Positions 38,701 through 46,899 of a stretch of DNA of 64,000 bases are shown here, in pieces. The position numbers and the translations under genes were made by a program. The DNA is from an uncultured Saprospiraceae bacterium (GTDB lineage: Bacteria > Bacteroidota > Bacteroidia > Chitinophagales > Saprospiraceae): the NCBI GenBank assembly GCA_964628385.1, contig CAZVOD010000012.1, positions 3,731-67,730 of the forward strand, read 5' to 3'. Numbering within the stretch: position 1 is the first letter of the stretch; each line of letters starts with the position of its first letter. The notes beneath the pieces are model-generated. The model was given only the letters and a program-made list of their open reading frames with translations, made no database searches and was not told where the DNA came from.

Positions 38701-39075
38701 GGCTACACCGTAGCCTACGACTACTACCTCTTCCAAAGCAGCAGCATCTTCGTTCATTACAAAATCAATAGTTGTTCTTCCATTGATAGCTACCTCAGCA
38801 GTTTTGTAACCGATGAAAGAAAAAATCAATACTTCAGCCTCGTCAGATACTGTCAAAGTATATTTACCGTCAATGTCAGTAGCAGTACCACCTGTTCCTC
38901 CTTTCACAGTAACGGTAGCTCCGATCAATGGCTCACCATCAACATCAGTTACTGTACCGGAAATAGTTTTGTCGAAAGCATTGTTTGCTGCCAATGTGTC
39001 AATACTACCTAATAGTAGCATAGCAGCAAGCACCAGGAAAGACTTCACCATGTTCAGTCTCAAAAACTGTTTCAT
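35788..39075 (-). CDS. SusC/RagA family TonB-linked outer membrane protein
   Basis: CarboxypepD_reg domain (ISGTVTDVDGEPLIGATVTV), plug (EEVVVVGYG, VSVLKDASAAAIYGARAAFGVVLITTK), a beta-barrel of about 1000 aa and a terminal F. No N-terminal STN/anti-sigma signalling domain is seen. Confidence 0.9.
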   Translation of the reverse strand: MKQFLRLNMVKSFLVLAAMLLLGSIDTLAANNAFDKTISGTVTDVDGEPLIGATVTVKGGTGGTATDIDGKYTLTVSDEAEVLIFSFIGYKTAEVAINGRTTIDFVMNEDAAALEEVVVVGYGVAKKANLSGAVDVINTEQLESRPINNLAQGLQGAAPNLNIGFNSGAPNQAATFNIRGFTSINGGEPLILVDNVPVDPIELNRIAPQNVASVSVLKDASAAAIYGARAAFGVVLITTKNGMSEGVTVNYSNNLFIGTPTVLSERTTDPYIFLRVKETSTDNTPWDNQNFSDETYEWARQRSDDPESAPAVRQVNGTGPWEYMGNRDWVDYFMGENSFSQDHNLSISGRSDNADYYLAGGFNRTNGALAVADDYFDRYNLRAKVNFQVNDWLTIGNNSFLSNTLTQRPSYLSIFELFNLDPISWDMNPDGSFANNDVGRELAQLQNGGEDEVRYNSFQTTISAEARVIKDIFKINTEFTVRRGNTNREWFRTPYLIGYAPGDIREQGESRAYRSYTSDRYDVLNVYGTYDQSIGNDHKIQVIAGFNQEFFRQEFFAAQREGLISSALPSLALATGEDDVSESVADWSVRGVFGRINYIFKDKYIVEFNGRYDGSSRFPEENRFGFFPSASLAWRVDKEPFFANVLNTVSYLKLRTSYGALGNQAASNYGYIPSLTATPGNFVIGGEIPQRILPPSLVSSNYTWEDVNTINFGIDLGLFEDRFLVNFDVFRRTTEGMLTQGRDLPDVLGAAEPNENAADLETEGWDLSLEYRNSFNVGGKPFNFNIRGVLSDSRTFITRFDNPDRRLTQFYEGMEIGEIWGLESDGYLANEEEIAALDQTALIPWGAISIVPGWPRFIDQNGDGAVDKGSLTVDDPGDLKVIGNFMPRFNFGLNVGFDWAGFDFSLFLQGIGDRDYYPQDYLYWSFYQQPYEGGQVHTLDYYRANADSEAQRAKHSKSYVDQGLADQNLDASFPHLQAWLADRNLGERVDQTKGLAIPQTAHLLDASYLRVKNLTIGYTLPAALTQKVNIARLRVFISGENLTEWSGVKDFYDPESITDAVQVRFNPANGVSRQSGSGYAYPFQRRYAAGINLTF

Positions 39076-39567
39076 GCTAGTTAGAATTTTTGTTATTAAA
39101 TACTAGTCGTTAAAATGTTGTTAAATACGTAGTCGGCTATATGATGATTTTTTTTTACCAATTTTAGTCATAAACCTATGAAACCAGCCAGCTTAATGCT
39201 AAACATGTCAATTATTTGACTTCACTTTTAGCCTTAACAAATATAAGTTGGTTCATATTTTCGGTAATCCTGCCCCCAATTAAGTTTGCGTTAATGGATT
39301 ATTAAGCTTTTGAAACTTCAAAAATACAGTCATACTACATCTGTTACTTTTAGTCTGGCAACCGGATAATTTCATCTATTTCAATTATCCGATAGCACAG
39401 CGTGTTAAAAAATAAGCACAACTATTCCCCTATGCCGTAGAACAAGCGCTACAAGCGTCTTTAACAGCATTTTCCCTGGGAGTTGGCTTTCTTGTGATAT
39501 AGAAATATTTATATATTTTTTTATAATTGCCTTATAAATCGTTTGATTAATTTTGACAACTCAAATT

Positions 39568-39597
39568 AAGTAAATTGAATAACCATTCAATTTACTT
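39568..39597. promoter_or_regulatory. candidate TetR operator (perfect 13-bp inverted repeat, 4-nt spacer)
   Basis: aagtaaattgaat-aacc-attcaatttactt. It ends 35 bp upstream of the TetR start codon. Confidence 0.5.
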
Positions 39598-39631
39598 TTA
39601 AGGTTAAAAAATCATTAATTCTATATCTGGA

Positions 39632-40231
39632 ATGGGAAGGAAAAACCTAAGTACCCAACGACGCCGTGAAATTATCGATACCTTTTGCGAGGTAGCAGAA
39701 GAATTGGGAGTAGAGCGGACTTCACTGGGCAGATTAGCTAAAAAAATGGATATCAATGTAAGCTTAATTTCTCATTATTTTGGATCCAAAGAAGAACTCC
39801 TAATTGCTGTTTGTGAGCACATTATGCAACGGTATTCCTTCATTTTCTGCGACTTTGATGACAGTCGGCCTATTGACAAGGCAACTTTAACAGACCTTAT
39901 AGATAATCTTTTTTCCAGAAGTTGGCATACGCTGATAGATGACAGCATCTTTTATGGGTTTTACGCTATGGTATATCGATATCCGGTTGTCAAACAGGAA
40001 TACAGAAAACTACATCGCAGCCTGCACGACCAGCTGAAAGACATTTTGGATAATGCCAGGACCCACGGCATAATTGAGGTAGAAGACCCATTTGAAGCGG
40101 CAGTAGATATTTTCATTATTTTAGATGGCTGGTACTACCAAATGGGCATGATCGATGATGAGCAATTTGTGGAAAAAAGACTACTGAGTAGTAAATCTCT
40201 TGTTTATAGGATATTAAGGTTCAAAAATTGA
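39632..40231 (+). CDS. TetR/AcrR family transcriptional regulator
   Basis: N-terminal HTH: RREIIDTFCEVAEELGVERTSLGRLAKKMDINVSLISHYFGSKEELL. Confidence 0.85.
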   Translation: MGRKNLSTQRRREIIDTFCEVAEELGVERTSLGRLAKKMDINVSLISHYFGSKEELLIAVCEHIMQRYSFIFCDFDDSRPIDKATLTDLIDNLFSRSWHTLIDDSIFYGFYAMVYRYPVVKQEYRKLHRSLHDQLKDILDNARTHGIIEVEDPFEAAVDIFIILDGWYYQMGMIDDEQFVEKRLLSSKSLVYRILRFKN

Positions 40232-40522
40232 TATTTCGCTCTGTGGTTCTTTTTTTCTATTTTCTCTGGATATTTTAAATATCATAAAAACAGCCATGGC
40301 AGCCCACAGACTGTTGACTACAATATTGGGAAAATCATTAAGTGAAGCTCCATTAATGATAAGGCAACCCCCCCCCAGTGCGTTCAAAATATGGTAAGCA
40401 TTTTTTTGAGCCGACAAGGTACCTCTAACCAAGAGAAAGTAGGCCAAGATATAAAGTATACTACCAATCCAACCAATGTAAAAGACTATTGACATCGCAA
40501 ATTTTTTCCCAAAAATAATCAA
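40214..40522 (-). CDS. small membrane protein (3 TM helices), function unknown
   Basis: 102-aa ORF (alternative start at 40495, MSIVFY). It is hydrophobic, and its 3' end overlaps the tetR 3' end by 18 nt. Confidence 0.5.
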   Translation of the reverse strand: MIIFGKKFAMSIVFYIGWIGSILYILAYFLLVRGTLSAQKNAYHILNALGGGCLIINGASLNDFPNIVVNSLWAAMAVFMIFKISRENRKKEPQSEISIFEP

Positions 40523-40694
40523 ATTTCTCCGGTATTCGCACGAATGAGTATGAACAAAACTTTACTGAAATTGCTAATTTATGGATGCTACAACTTAAGG
40601 AACAAACAGGTGTTAGTCAATAATCCAGTTGGAAGCTTGTTATGGCAACTTGTTTCTTCCGTTCTATTAACCTGCTCTACAATCAAAAAAATAC

Positions 40695-40988
40695 ATGGAA
40701 AACGTTCAAGTACAGCATTATCCTGACCGAAGGCGGTTTGAGATTCTTGTAGGCACCCATCTAGCAGTTTTGGAATATCTTCAGCCGGGAGGCCGTATAA
40801 TTTTCACTCATACTGAAGCACCTAAAGCCTTAGAGGGGCAGGGATTGGATTCCAAATTGGCTCAAACAGGCCTAGAATATGCCAAGAGTAAATCATTAAG
40901 AGTTATGCCGTTATGTCCATTTGTGGCAGAATATATCCGCAGGCATCCAGAGTATCGACCTCTGGTACTTGAGGGCTTCAACCTATAA
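40695..40988 (+). CDS. YjdJ-type GNAT-like small N-acetyltransferase-fold protein
   Basis: 97 aa. FTHTEAPKALEGQGLDSKLAQTGLEYAKSKSLRVMPLCPFVAEYIRRHPEY matches the Acetyltransf_CG/YjdJ pattern. Confidence 0.7.
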   Translation: MENVQVQHYPDRRRFEILVGTHLAVLEYLQPGGRIIFTHTEAPKALEGQGLDSKLAQTGLEYAKSKSLRVMPLCPFVAEYIRRHPEYRPLVLEGFNL

Positions 40989-41028
40989 ATGGCAAGTATT
41001 GATAATTCAGAAAATTTAGAATAGAGAA

Positions 41029-42408
41029 ATGAACAGATCGGAAAAGTTGGGAAATTCTCCAGTAGGTAAATTATTATTTCAGCAGGCAGCGCCCGCCTCT
41101 GTGGGTTTCCTGATTCTATCCATTTATGGTATTGTAGATACAATTTTTGTGGGTAGATATGTCGGCTCTTTGGCCATTGCTGCAATTGCTGTTGTTCTAC
41201 CTATTACTTTCCTGATCTCGTCTATTGGTATGGCTATTGGAGTGGGCGGAGCTTCGGTTATATCAAGAGCCCTGGGCTCTGACGACGGGGATAAGGCTCT
41301 GCTAACCTTTGGAAACCAGGCGGCGCTTACGCTTTTATTGTCTACCAGCATTGTCGCTTTAGGGTTTTATTTTGCCGATGAGATACTATTTGTCTTTGGT
41401 GGTCGGGGTGATATTCTGGAGCCTGCCAAAGCCTACTTTACGATTTTGTTGTATTCTGTGCCCTTTTTAGCGTGGGCCATGATGTCCAATAATGTTATAC
41501 GTTCAGAAGGCGCTTCAAAGATCGCCATGTTCACGCTTATTGTTCCGGCGGTAATGAACATGATACTTGACCCAATATTTATTGTTTGGTTTGAGTGGGG
41601 AATAGAAGGCGCGGCCTGGGCGACTTCTATTGCCTATATGTGTAGTGCTTCTTTCACGCTGTGGTATTTCTTGAGTGGCCGCTCAGAGTTGCTATTAAAA
41701 CTTACCAATTTCAAGCTTGACTTCAAAATTGTAAAAGAAATAGGCGCCATTGGCGGAGTAACCTTGGCCCGGCAAGGTACGATTAGCCTTTTATCCATAG
41801 TACTCAATAATTTTTTGGTTACTATCGGTGGGGACATTGCCCTTTCTGCATACGGTATTATTAATCGGGTGATGATGTTTGCCAATTTTCCGGTACTTGG
41901 CGTAACACAAGGCTTTTTACCGATAGTAGGCTATAACTATGGTGCGCAGAATTACAGCCGGGTAAAATCTGTGATTGGCACAGCTATACGGTCGGGTACA
42001 TTTATTGCCTTTGGCATATTTGCCTGTATTATGATATTTTCGGATGCGATTGTCAGCATCTTTTCCAGTGAACAGGAATTGATTGACCTGACGGCCCCTG
42101 CCCTGAGGAAAGTTTTTTTGGCAACGCCCCTCATTACGATTCAACTGATTGGCTCTGCTTATTTTCAGGCCATTGGAAAGGCAGTTCCGGCGTTATTGTT
42201 GACGCTTACAAAGCAAGGGTTTTTCCTTATTCCTATCGTCTTAATCCTACCTCAATTTTTTGGCCTGGAAGGTATTTGGTATGCCTTCCCCATCGCTGAT
42301 GTGATGGCAGCGGGCATCACCTACTGGTATCTGCAAAGAGAACTCAAAAGGGCTATCGACAAAAAACAAGACGAAGCTATAAAACAGAAGGCGATTGCAG
42401 CGGAGTAG
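41029..42408 (+). CDS. MATE family efflux transporter
   Basis: 459 aa with 12 predicted TM helices and a MatE-type N-terminus (GKLLFQQAAPASVGFLILSIYGIVDTIFVGRYVG). Confidence 0.9.
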   Translation: MNRSEKLGNSPVGKLLFQQAAPASVGFLILSIYGIVDTIFVGRYVGSLAIAAIAVVLPITFLISSIGMAIGVGGASVISRALGSDDGDKALLTFGNQAALTLLLSTSIVALGFYFADEILFVFGGRGDILEPAKAYFTILLYSVPFLAWAMMSNNVIRSEGASKIAMFTLIVPAVMNMILDPIFIVWFEWGIEGAAWATSIAYMCSASFTLWYFLSGRSELLLKLTNFKLDFKIVKEIGAIGGVTLARQGTISLLSIVLNNFLVTIGGDIALSAYGIINRVMMFANFPVLGVTQGFLPIVGYNYGAQNYSRVKSVIGTAIRSGTFIAFGIFACIMIFSDAIVSIFSSEQELIDLTAPALRKVFLATPLITIQLIGSAYFQAIGKAVPALLLTLTKQGFFLIPIVLILPQFFGLEGIWYAFPIADVMAAGITYWYLQRELKRAIDKKQDEAIKQKAIAAE

Positions 42409-42431
42409 GCAATTACTGGAGTCTGTGGCTG

Positions 42432-42765
42432 ATAAGTGCCTCATCCTCAAACATGTCATATTTAAATATGTCATTTGTAGAAGTACTACCGAGAGCATAT
42501 CGCTAATTTATTCAAAATCAATTTTTTACGACCTTTTTTCAGACACGTCATTTTTAAGAATGACATGTCTGAAAAATCGTACATGACATGTCTAGACATG
42601 ACATGTCTTGAGGGAGTATCATTAGACTCCACCCCACTTTCATTATAATATCACCAATTGCAGTACACTCCAATCATACCAAGGCTCATTTTACTTGTTG
42701 TTGAGCCCACACTTTTCCTCTCCTTACCCACATTTGCAACATATTTATACCAAACTGAAAGACCA
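42432..42765 (+). repeat. structured ATGACATGTC-iterated repeat, copy R2 (inverted relative to R1; boundaries approximate)
   Basis: Core at 42581-42614 (acatgacatgtctagacatgacatgtcttgaggg), an 11/12-bp hairpin at 42541-42570 and a degenerate unit at 42449-42477. The flanking blocks are collinear with R1. Confidence 0.8.
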
Positions 42766-42919
42766 CTTTTCAAAGAAAAACTTCGATATCAGGCTATTTT
42801 TTCTACGTATTTTTTGAAAATGTCCGACTTTGCAAGATTTTGCAAGGTTTTTTTGCCATTTATATTTTAAGAATATATTAACTTTACATTAAGGCTTTAA
42901 AATCACGTTCGATTTTTAG

Positions 42920-42955
42920 GAGGGGCTCCCACAGGGGAGCTTCTCTTTTATTTTT
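42920..42955 (+). terminator. intrinsic terminator (plus strand)
   Basis: gaggggctccc-acag-gggagcttctc forms an 11 bp stem (2 G-U pairs), followed by TTTTATTTTT. Confidence 0.65.
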
Positions 42956-43070
42956 CCGCCCTAATATTACTCCAAAAACATCTTCTTTCTCACAAATAGC
43001 CATGATAATTTCCCATTCAACTTCGTTCTATTTAAGGAACTCAAAATGGGGTTGTACCGAAAGATGCATA

Positions 43071-43095
43071 GGCTTGTTTCACAGGTATTAAACCA
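43071..43095. repeat. MITE/REP-like element, short truncated copy C
   Basis: ggcttgtttcacaggtattaaacc resembles the gacttgttttgcaggtattaaaat end of the family. Confidence 0.55.
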
Positions 43096-43269
43096 GATGC
43101 ACTACGTGACTAACTATAACATTGCATCTCTAAAAACCTGGCCGTTGGGATACCCACAATTTATCCTAATGGAGTAAGGTTTCTGTTTTCCAATCGTGCT
43201 CTTTGACACAATACCCAGAATAGAGAGCCAAACTGGAATCTAATAAAATTTTTATCTAAATATTCTTAA

Positions 43270-44097
43270 ATGAAAAAATACTCCCATCCCAAAGTAGTCA
43301 AATTGATTTCAATAGTCGGACTGTCACTCCTTCTGGTCAACTGGTTGGTTAATAGCGGGGGCGACCAAAATATTGAAGCTACCAGCTCTACTGCCGAACA
43401 ATCCGAAGAAAGTACCCGGCAAGAAAATACCGGAATGACCATTTCGAAGCCTACCATCCCGAATTCTAAGGATATAATACCTACCAAAACAATAACCGAC
43501 ACGCTGGCCTCCTCCGGCACCTCCTATAGCTGTAACGGAGAAGAATTCGAACTGGAAGAGTATCTCAATAACTTCGCCGAGCAAATCGAAGCTCAAAATA
43601 TTTTATACAATACTGAAAAACTGTCAGATTGCTCCGGAATGTTCCTGAGGTTGTGTAGTAATTTGAAGAAAAAATGCGACGATTATATTTTCCCCTCTTC
43701 CAAAGCAGTGAGGGATACGCGTCGGTTGGCAAAGTGGTACGCCAAAAAAGGCAGGCTGACTATTATTGAAAATGCCGAAGCCAGCGGATACCTGATCAAG
43801 CCCGGGGCTGTCATGTTTTACGGCCATGGAGGCGTCACTTATAATGATTTGACCATAGAAAAAATAACAGCTAACGATGGAATAGAACACGTTGGAACAG
43901 TTACTTCGGTTACTAAAGATAAAAATGGAAAAGTAATCCAATATAGCCTTTTTCATGGCAGAAGTAACGGTAAGCCTGCCGGTAGAACGACTTATCACCA
44001 GCTAAAACCCTACAGAACTCAACTCCCGGCTTATGGCAACTGGAATCAGCAATGGGTAGCTGTTGCTGATATTATGACCCCAAAAAAGGAAAGCTGA
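43270..44097 (+). CDS. secreted NlpC/P60-like cysteine hydrolase fold protein (tentative)
   Basis: N-terminal anchor/signal. There is a candidate Cys-His-His arrangement: LSDCSGMFLR, then GIEHVGTV, then LFHGRS. Confidence 0.55.
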   Translation: MKKYSHPKVVKLISIVGLSLLLVNWLVNSGGDQNIEATSSTAEQSEESTRQENTGMTISKPTIPNSKDIIPTKTITDTLASSGTSYSCNGEEFELEEYLNNFAEQIEAQNILYNTEKLSDCSGMFLRLCSNLKKKCDDYIFPSSKAVRDTRRLAKWYAKKGRLTIIENAEASGYLIKPGAVMFYGHGGVTYNDLTIEKITANDGIEHVGTVTSVTKDKNGKVIQYSLFHGRSNGKPAGRTTYHQLKPYRTQLPAYGNWNQQWVAVADIMTPKKES

Positions 44098-44188
44098 TAC
44101 CGTTTCTGATTTTTGATTATTTTAAAAAATAGTACCTTGCCGCTTATTTTAAGTCGCTATCTTTTTCAACAAAAGAAACGAACTATTT

Positions 44189-46015
44189 ATGAGCAAAACC
44201 TTACATGTACTCGTTATTTTATCCTTTTGCCAATTGGTAAATGCGCAAATTGATTCGACCATTTTTCAACTACCGGATATTGTCATCAAAGAGAACCGAT
44301 TAAAAATACCATTTAGTGAAGTATCCAGAACTATCGAAATTGTGACAGCCGAGCAGATCAAGACCATGCCAGTTCGCAGTGTCAATGAAGTACTGCAATA
44401 CGTATCAGGCCTTGATGTTCGCCAGCGCGGTGCTCATGGAGTACAAGCTGATATCAGTATTCGTGGTGGTACTTTTGATCAAACGCTGGTATTGATCAAC
44501 GGAGTAAAACTGGCAGATCCCCAAACCGGGCATCACATCATGAATCTGCCAATTGATATTGATAATATTGAACGTATCGAAGTGTTGAAAGGGCCATCAG
44601 CCAGAATCTATGGCCAAAACGGCTTCGCCGGTGCTATAAACATAGTGACCAAAAACCCGGACGAAGAGTTTGTAAAAGTTAGATTGCAGGCTGGTTCCAA
44701 CCAATTAGGTGGCGCTAAAATAGGGGCTTCCTATCTCAATGATTATTCCAAGCACTACTTTTCATTTGCTAAAGATTTTTCAGAAGGTTATCGATACAAC
44801 ACAGATTACGACATCACTAATCTGTTTTATCAGGGGCAATTTGAAGTAGGAGGACAAAAATTGAGTGTGCTAGCTGGATTTACTGAGCGTCAGTTTGGTG
44901 CCAATGGTTTTTATGCCAGCCCTGACTTTACAGACCAGTATGAAGAGGTCCAAACCAGCCTGGTTACCCTAAATTATGAAATGCAGGTGGGAGATTGGCG
45001 CCTTAATCCAAGGCTGTACTGGAGGCGCAACCAGGACGAATATATATTTGAAAGAAGTAACCCTTCCCTTTTCAGAAATATGCACATTGGCAATTCTTTT
45101 GGTGCTGAATTTCACGCTACCAACCAAAACAAGCTCGGCCAAACTGGCATGGGGATAGAGCTACGTCAGGTAGACCTTAATAGTACCAACCTCGGTAACC
45201 GCAACCGCTTCACTACCAGTGTATTTGTAGAACACCGCTTCCAGCTTCTCAATGAACGGCTGGATATTATCCCGGGAGTTTTGCTCAACCACTTCTCTGA
45301 CTTTGGAACAAGAGTTTTTCCCGGGCTGGATATGGGGTATCGCCTGGATGATCATTTCAAAATTTACGGAAATATAGGCTACACCTATAGGGTACCTACT
45401 TTTACAGATTTGTACTATGAAGACCCAGCAAATTTGGGCAACCCGAATCTGGAACCTGAAGAGGCGCTGGCTTATGAGTTAGGCTTGAAATACAATCATA
45501 GAGGTATTAACGTACAGGCAAGCTATTTCCAACGAGATGGTTCCGACCTAATCGACTGGACCCGGGAAGGAGAAGACTTACAATGGCAGCCCATCAATAT
45601 CAATAACCTGACCAGCAGAGGAGTAGATATTTCGGTAAATGCTTACCTCCCAGTAGTGACCGGAAGAAAAAGTCTGGTAAACCGGCTCAACCTAGGATAT
45701 ACCTATATTGATGCCCAAATAGAAAATAACGAAGCTAATATTTCCAGATATGCACTTGAAAACCTAAGACATCAACTGATTGCAGGTATCGAACTACAAC
45801 TGGGAGAGCGAATCTTTCATTCTACTCGTTATCGCTACATTGACCGTGTCACAATGGAAGACTACCAAATTGTTGATATGCAACTGACCTATCGAACTAA
45901 TAACTTCGAAGCTTTTCTGAATGCTTCCAATCTGGGTAATATCGAATACAGGGAAACAAACCTTGTTGTGATGCCAGGCCGATGGATCAGTGGAGGAATA
46001 GAAGTGAAATTTTAA
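44189..46015 (+). CDS. TonB-dependent receptor (about 600-aa BtuB-like class)
   Basis: Signal peptide, plug (VSGLDVRQRG, ISIRGGTFDQTLVLINGVKL, IERIEVLKGPSARIYGQNGFAGAINIVTK), a beta-barrel and a terminal F. Confidence 0.9.
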   Translation: MSKTLHVLVILSFCQLVNAQIDSTIFQLPDIVIKENRLKIPFSEVSRTIEIVTAEQIKTMPVRSVNEVLQYVSGLDVRQRGAHGVQADISIRGGTFDQTLVLINGVKLADPQTGHHIMNLPIDIDNIERIEVLKGPSARIYGQNGFAGAINIVTKNPDEEFVKVRLQAGSNQLGGAKIGASYLNDYSKHYFSFAKDFSEGYRYNTDYDITNLFYQGQFEVGGQKLSVLAGFTERQFGANGFYASPDFTDQYEEVQTSLVTLNYEMQVGDWRLNPRLYWRRNQDEYIFERSNPSLFRNMHIGNSFGAEFHATNQNKLGQTGMGIELRQVDLNSTNLGNRNRFTTSVFVEHRFQLLNERLDIIPGVLLNHFSDFGTRVFPGLDMGYRLDDHFKIYGNIGYTYRVPTFTDLYYEDPANLGNPNLEPEEALAYELGLKYNHRGINVQASYFQRDGSDLIDWTREGEDLQWQPININNLTSRGVDISVNAYLPVVTGRKSLVNRLNLGYTYIDAQIENNEANISRYALENLRHQLIAGIELQLGERIFHSTRYRYIDRVTMEDYQIVDMQLTYRTNNFEAFLNASNLGNIEYRETNLVVMPGRWISGGIEVKF

Positions 46016-46024
46016 AGAAAAAAT

Positions 46025-46744
46025 ATGCTCAAGACTCTGGCCATAAACAGCCTTCCGGCATTTGGAGATGCTGGCCTAAAATGCGTGTTATCTGTCCTGC
46101 AAACCCGGGTAGTTCCCGTGCCCTCACTGATATTATCCGGCCTGGGTAATGTTAAGGGGCATCGGCGCTATCTCTACGATTTTCAGGATAATTTGTGTCA
46201 CACTCTTGAACATTTGATCGAAAACGAAGATAAAATCATCATTTATATTGGCTATCTAGATCATGCCGACCAGATTGCGCAGATAAAAAAGGTGATTCTT
46301 CGTTTTCGACAACATATAGAGCATATCATCATTGATCCTGTTGCCGGGGATAATGGTCAGGCTTACGTACCGGAAGCTATTATTTCTGATTGGCCAGCAT
46401 TGCTGGAACTAGCAGATTGGGCAACCCCAAATATCACAGAGGTCAAACTACTCACCCAACAACAGGATCTTGATGAGGGAATCAGCCAACTGTGCCGAAG
46501 ATTCAAGGATACCAACTGGATCGTTACCAGCTATCCGACAGAGCCTGGAAAGATCGCCAACCGCCTAATTACAAAAGACTTGAAAAGGGATTACACCACC
46601 GAACACATTCCCCAAAAAATCTCGGGGGCTGGAGATACTTTTACCAGTCAGTTTATCAAAGCCTTTTTTTACGAGCAACACTTTCTTGAAGAAGCGGTAG
46701 ACACAGCTACGGCCAGAACTTTTCAGATACTGAGTGATGGATAG
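46025..46744 (+). CDS. pyridoxal/pyridoxamine kinase (PdxK/PdxY)-like ribokinase-superfamily kinase
   Basis: Collinear with the PdxY pattern: LAINS..., IGYL, IIDPVAGDNG, TPNITEVKLL, SGAGDTFTSQFIKAFF. It starts 9 nt after the receptor stop. Confidence 0.7.
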   Translation: MLKTLAINSLPAFGDAGLKCVLSVLQTRVVPVPSLILSGLGNVKGHRRYLYDFQDNLCHTLEHLIENEDKIIIYIGYLDHADQIAQIKKVILRFRQHIEHIIIDPVAGDNGQAYVPEAIISDWPALLELADWATPNITEVKLLTQQQDLDEGISQLCRRFKDTNWIVTSYPTEPGKIANRLITKDLKRDYTTEHIPQKISGAGDTFTSQFIKAFFYEQHFLEEAVDTATARTFQILSDG

Positions 46745-46750
46745 CATTAA

Positions 46751-46800
46751 TCTTGTTTCGAAGGAGTACAATAGTGGGAAAATTGAATTATTTTTTTACC
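46751..46800. repeat. MITE/REP-like element, truncated copy E
   Basis: cttgtttcgaaggagtacaatagtgggaaaattgaa matches the left half of copy D, then diverges. Confidence 0.65.
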
Positions 46801-46899
46801 ACGCGAAGGCTTTTTCTGATCAGAAGGGCAGGGTTTCCTTCTGAGCTTCAGACGCGCTAAGTGACTGATAAAAGACACTGTGTAGGAGATGACTGAGCG

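Noticed and set aside
42584-42649. A mini-ORF, MTCLDMTCLEGVSLDSTPLSL, lies inside R2, with a similar MTCLDMTCLEVMILDYNTV in R1.
   Set aside because: The shared peptide is simply the translation of the repeated ATGACATGTCT motif. The sequences diverge and terminate differently right after the repeat core, and no ribosome-binding context is evident.
16520-42765. The R1/R2 inverted repeats, each carrying multiple copies of a short motif, looked like the ends of a Tn7-like or composite transposon carrying 26 kb of cargo.
   Set aside because: No transposase, integrase, TnsABC-like ATPase or recombinase gene lies anywhere between or beside the repeats. The cargo is core housekeeping (aroE, gldAFG, PRODH). 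Both repeats sit neatly inside 3' UTR-like gaps upstream of terminators rather than at composition or synteny breaks.
42658-42870. A 70-aa ORF in the MATE downstream region. The small track ORFs 42395..42586, 40544..40726 and 54459..54680 are similar cases.
   Set aside because: They lie in repeat or promoter-like AT-rich intergenic sequence, use non-ATG or weak starts, and have no domain signal.
44098-44188. A possible cobalamin, TPP or other riboswitch ahead of the TonB-dependent receptor.
   Set aside because: The gap is only 91 nt, AT-rich and without conserved riboswitch core motifs, so it is too short for the known vitamin riboswitches.
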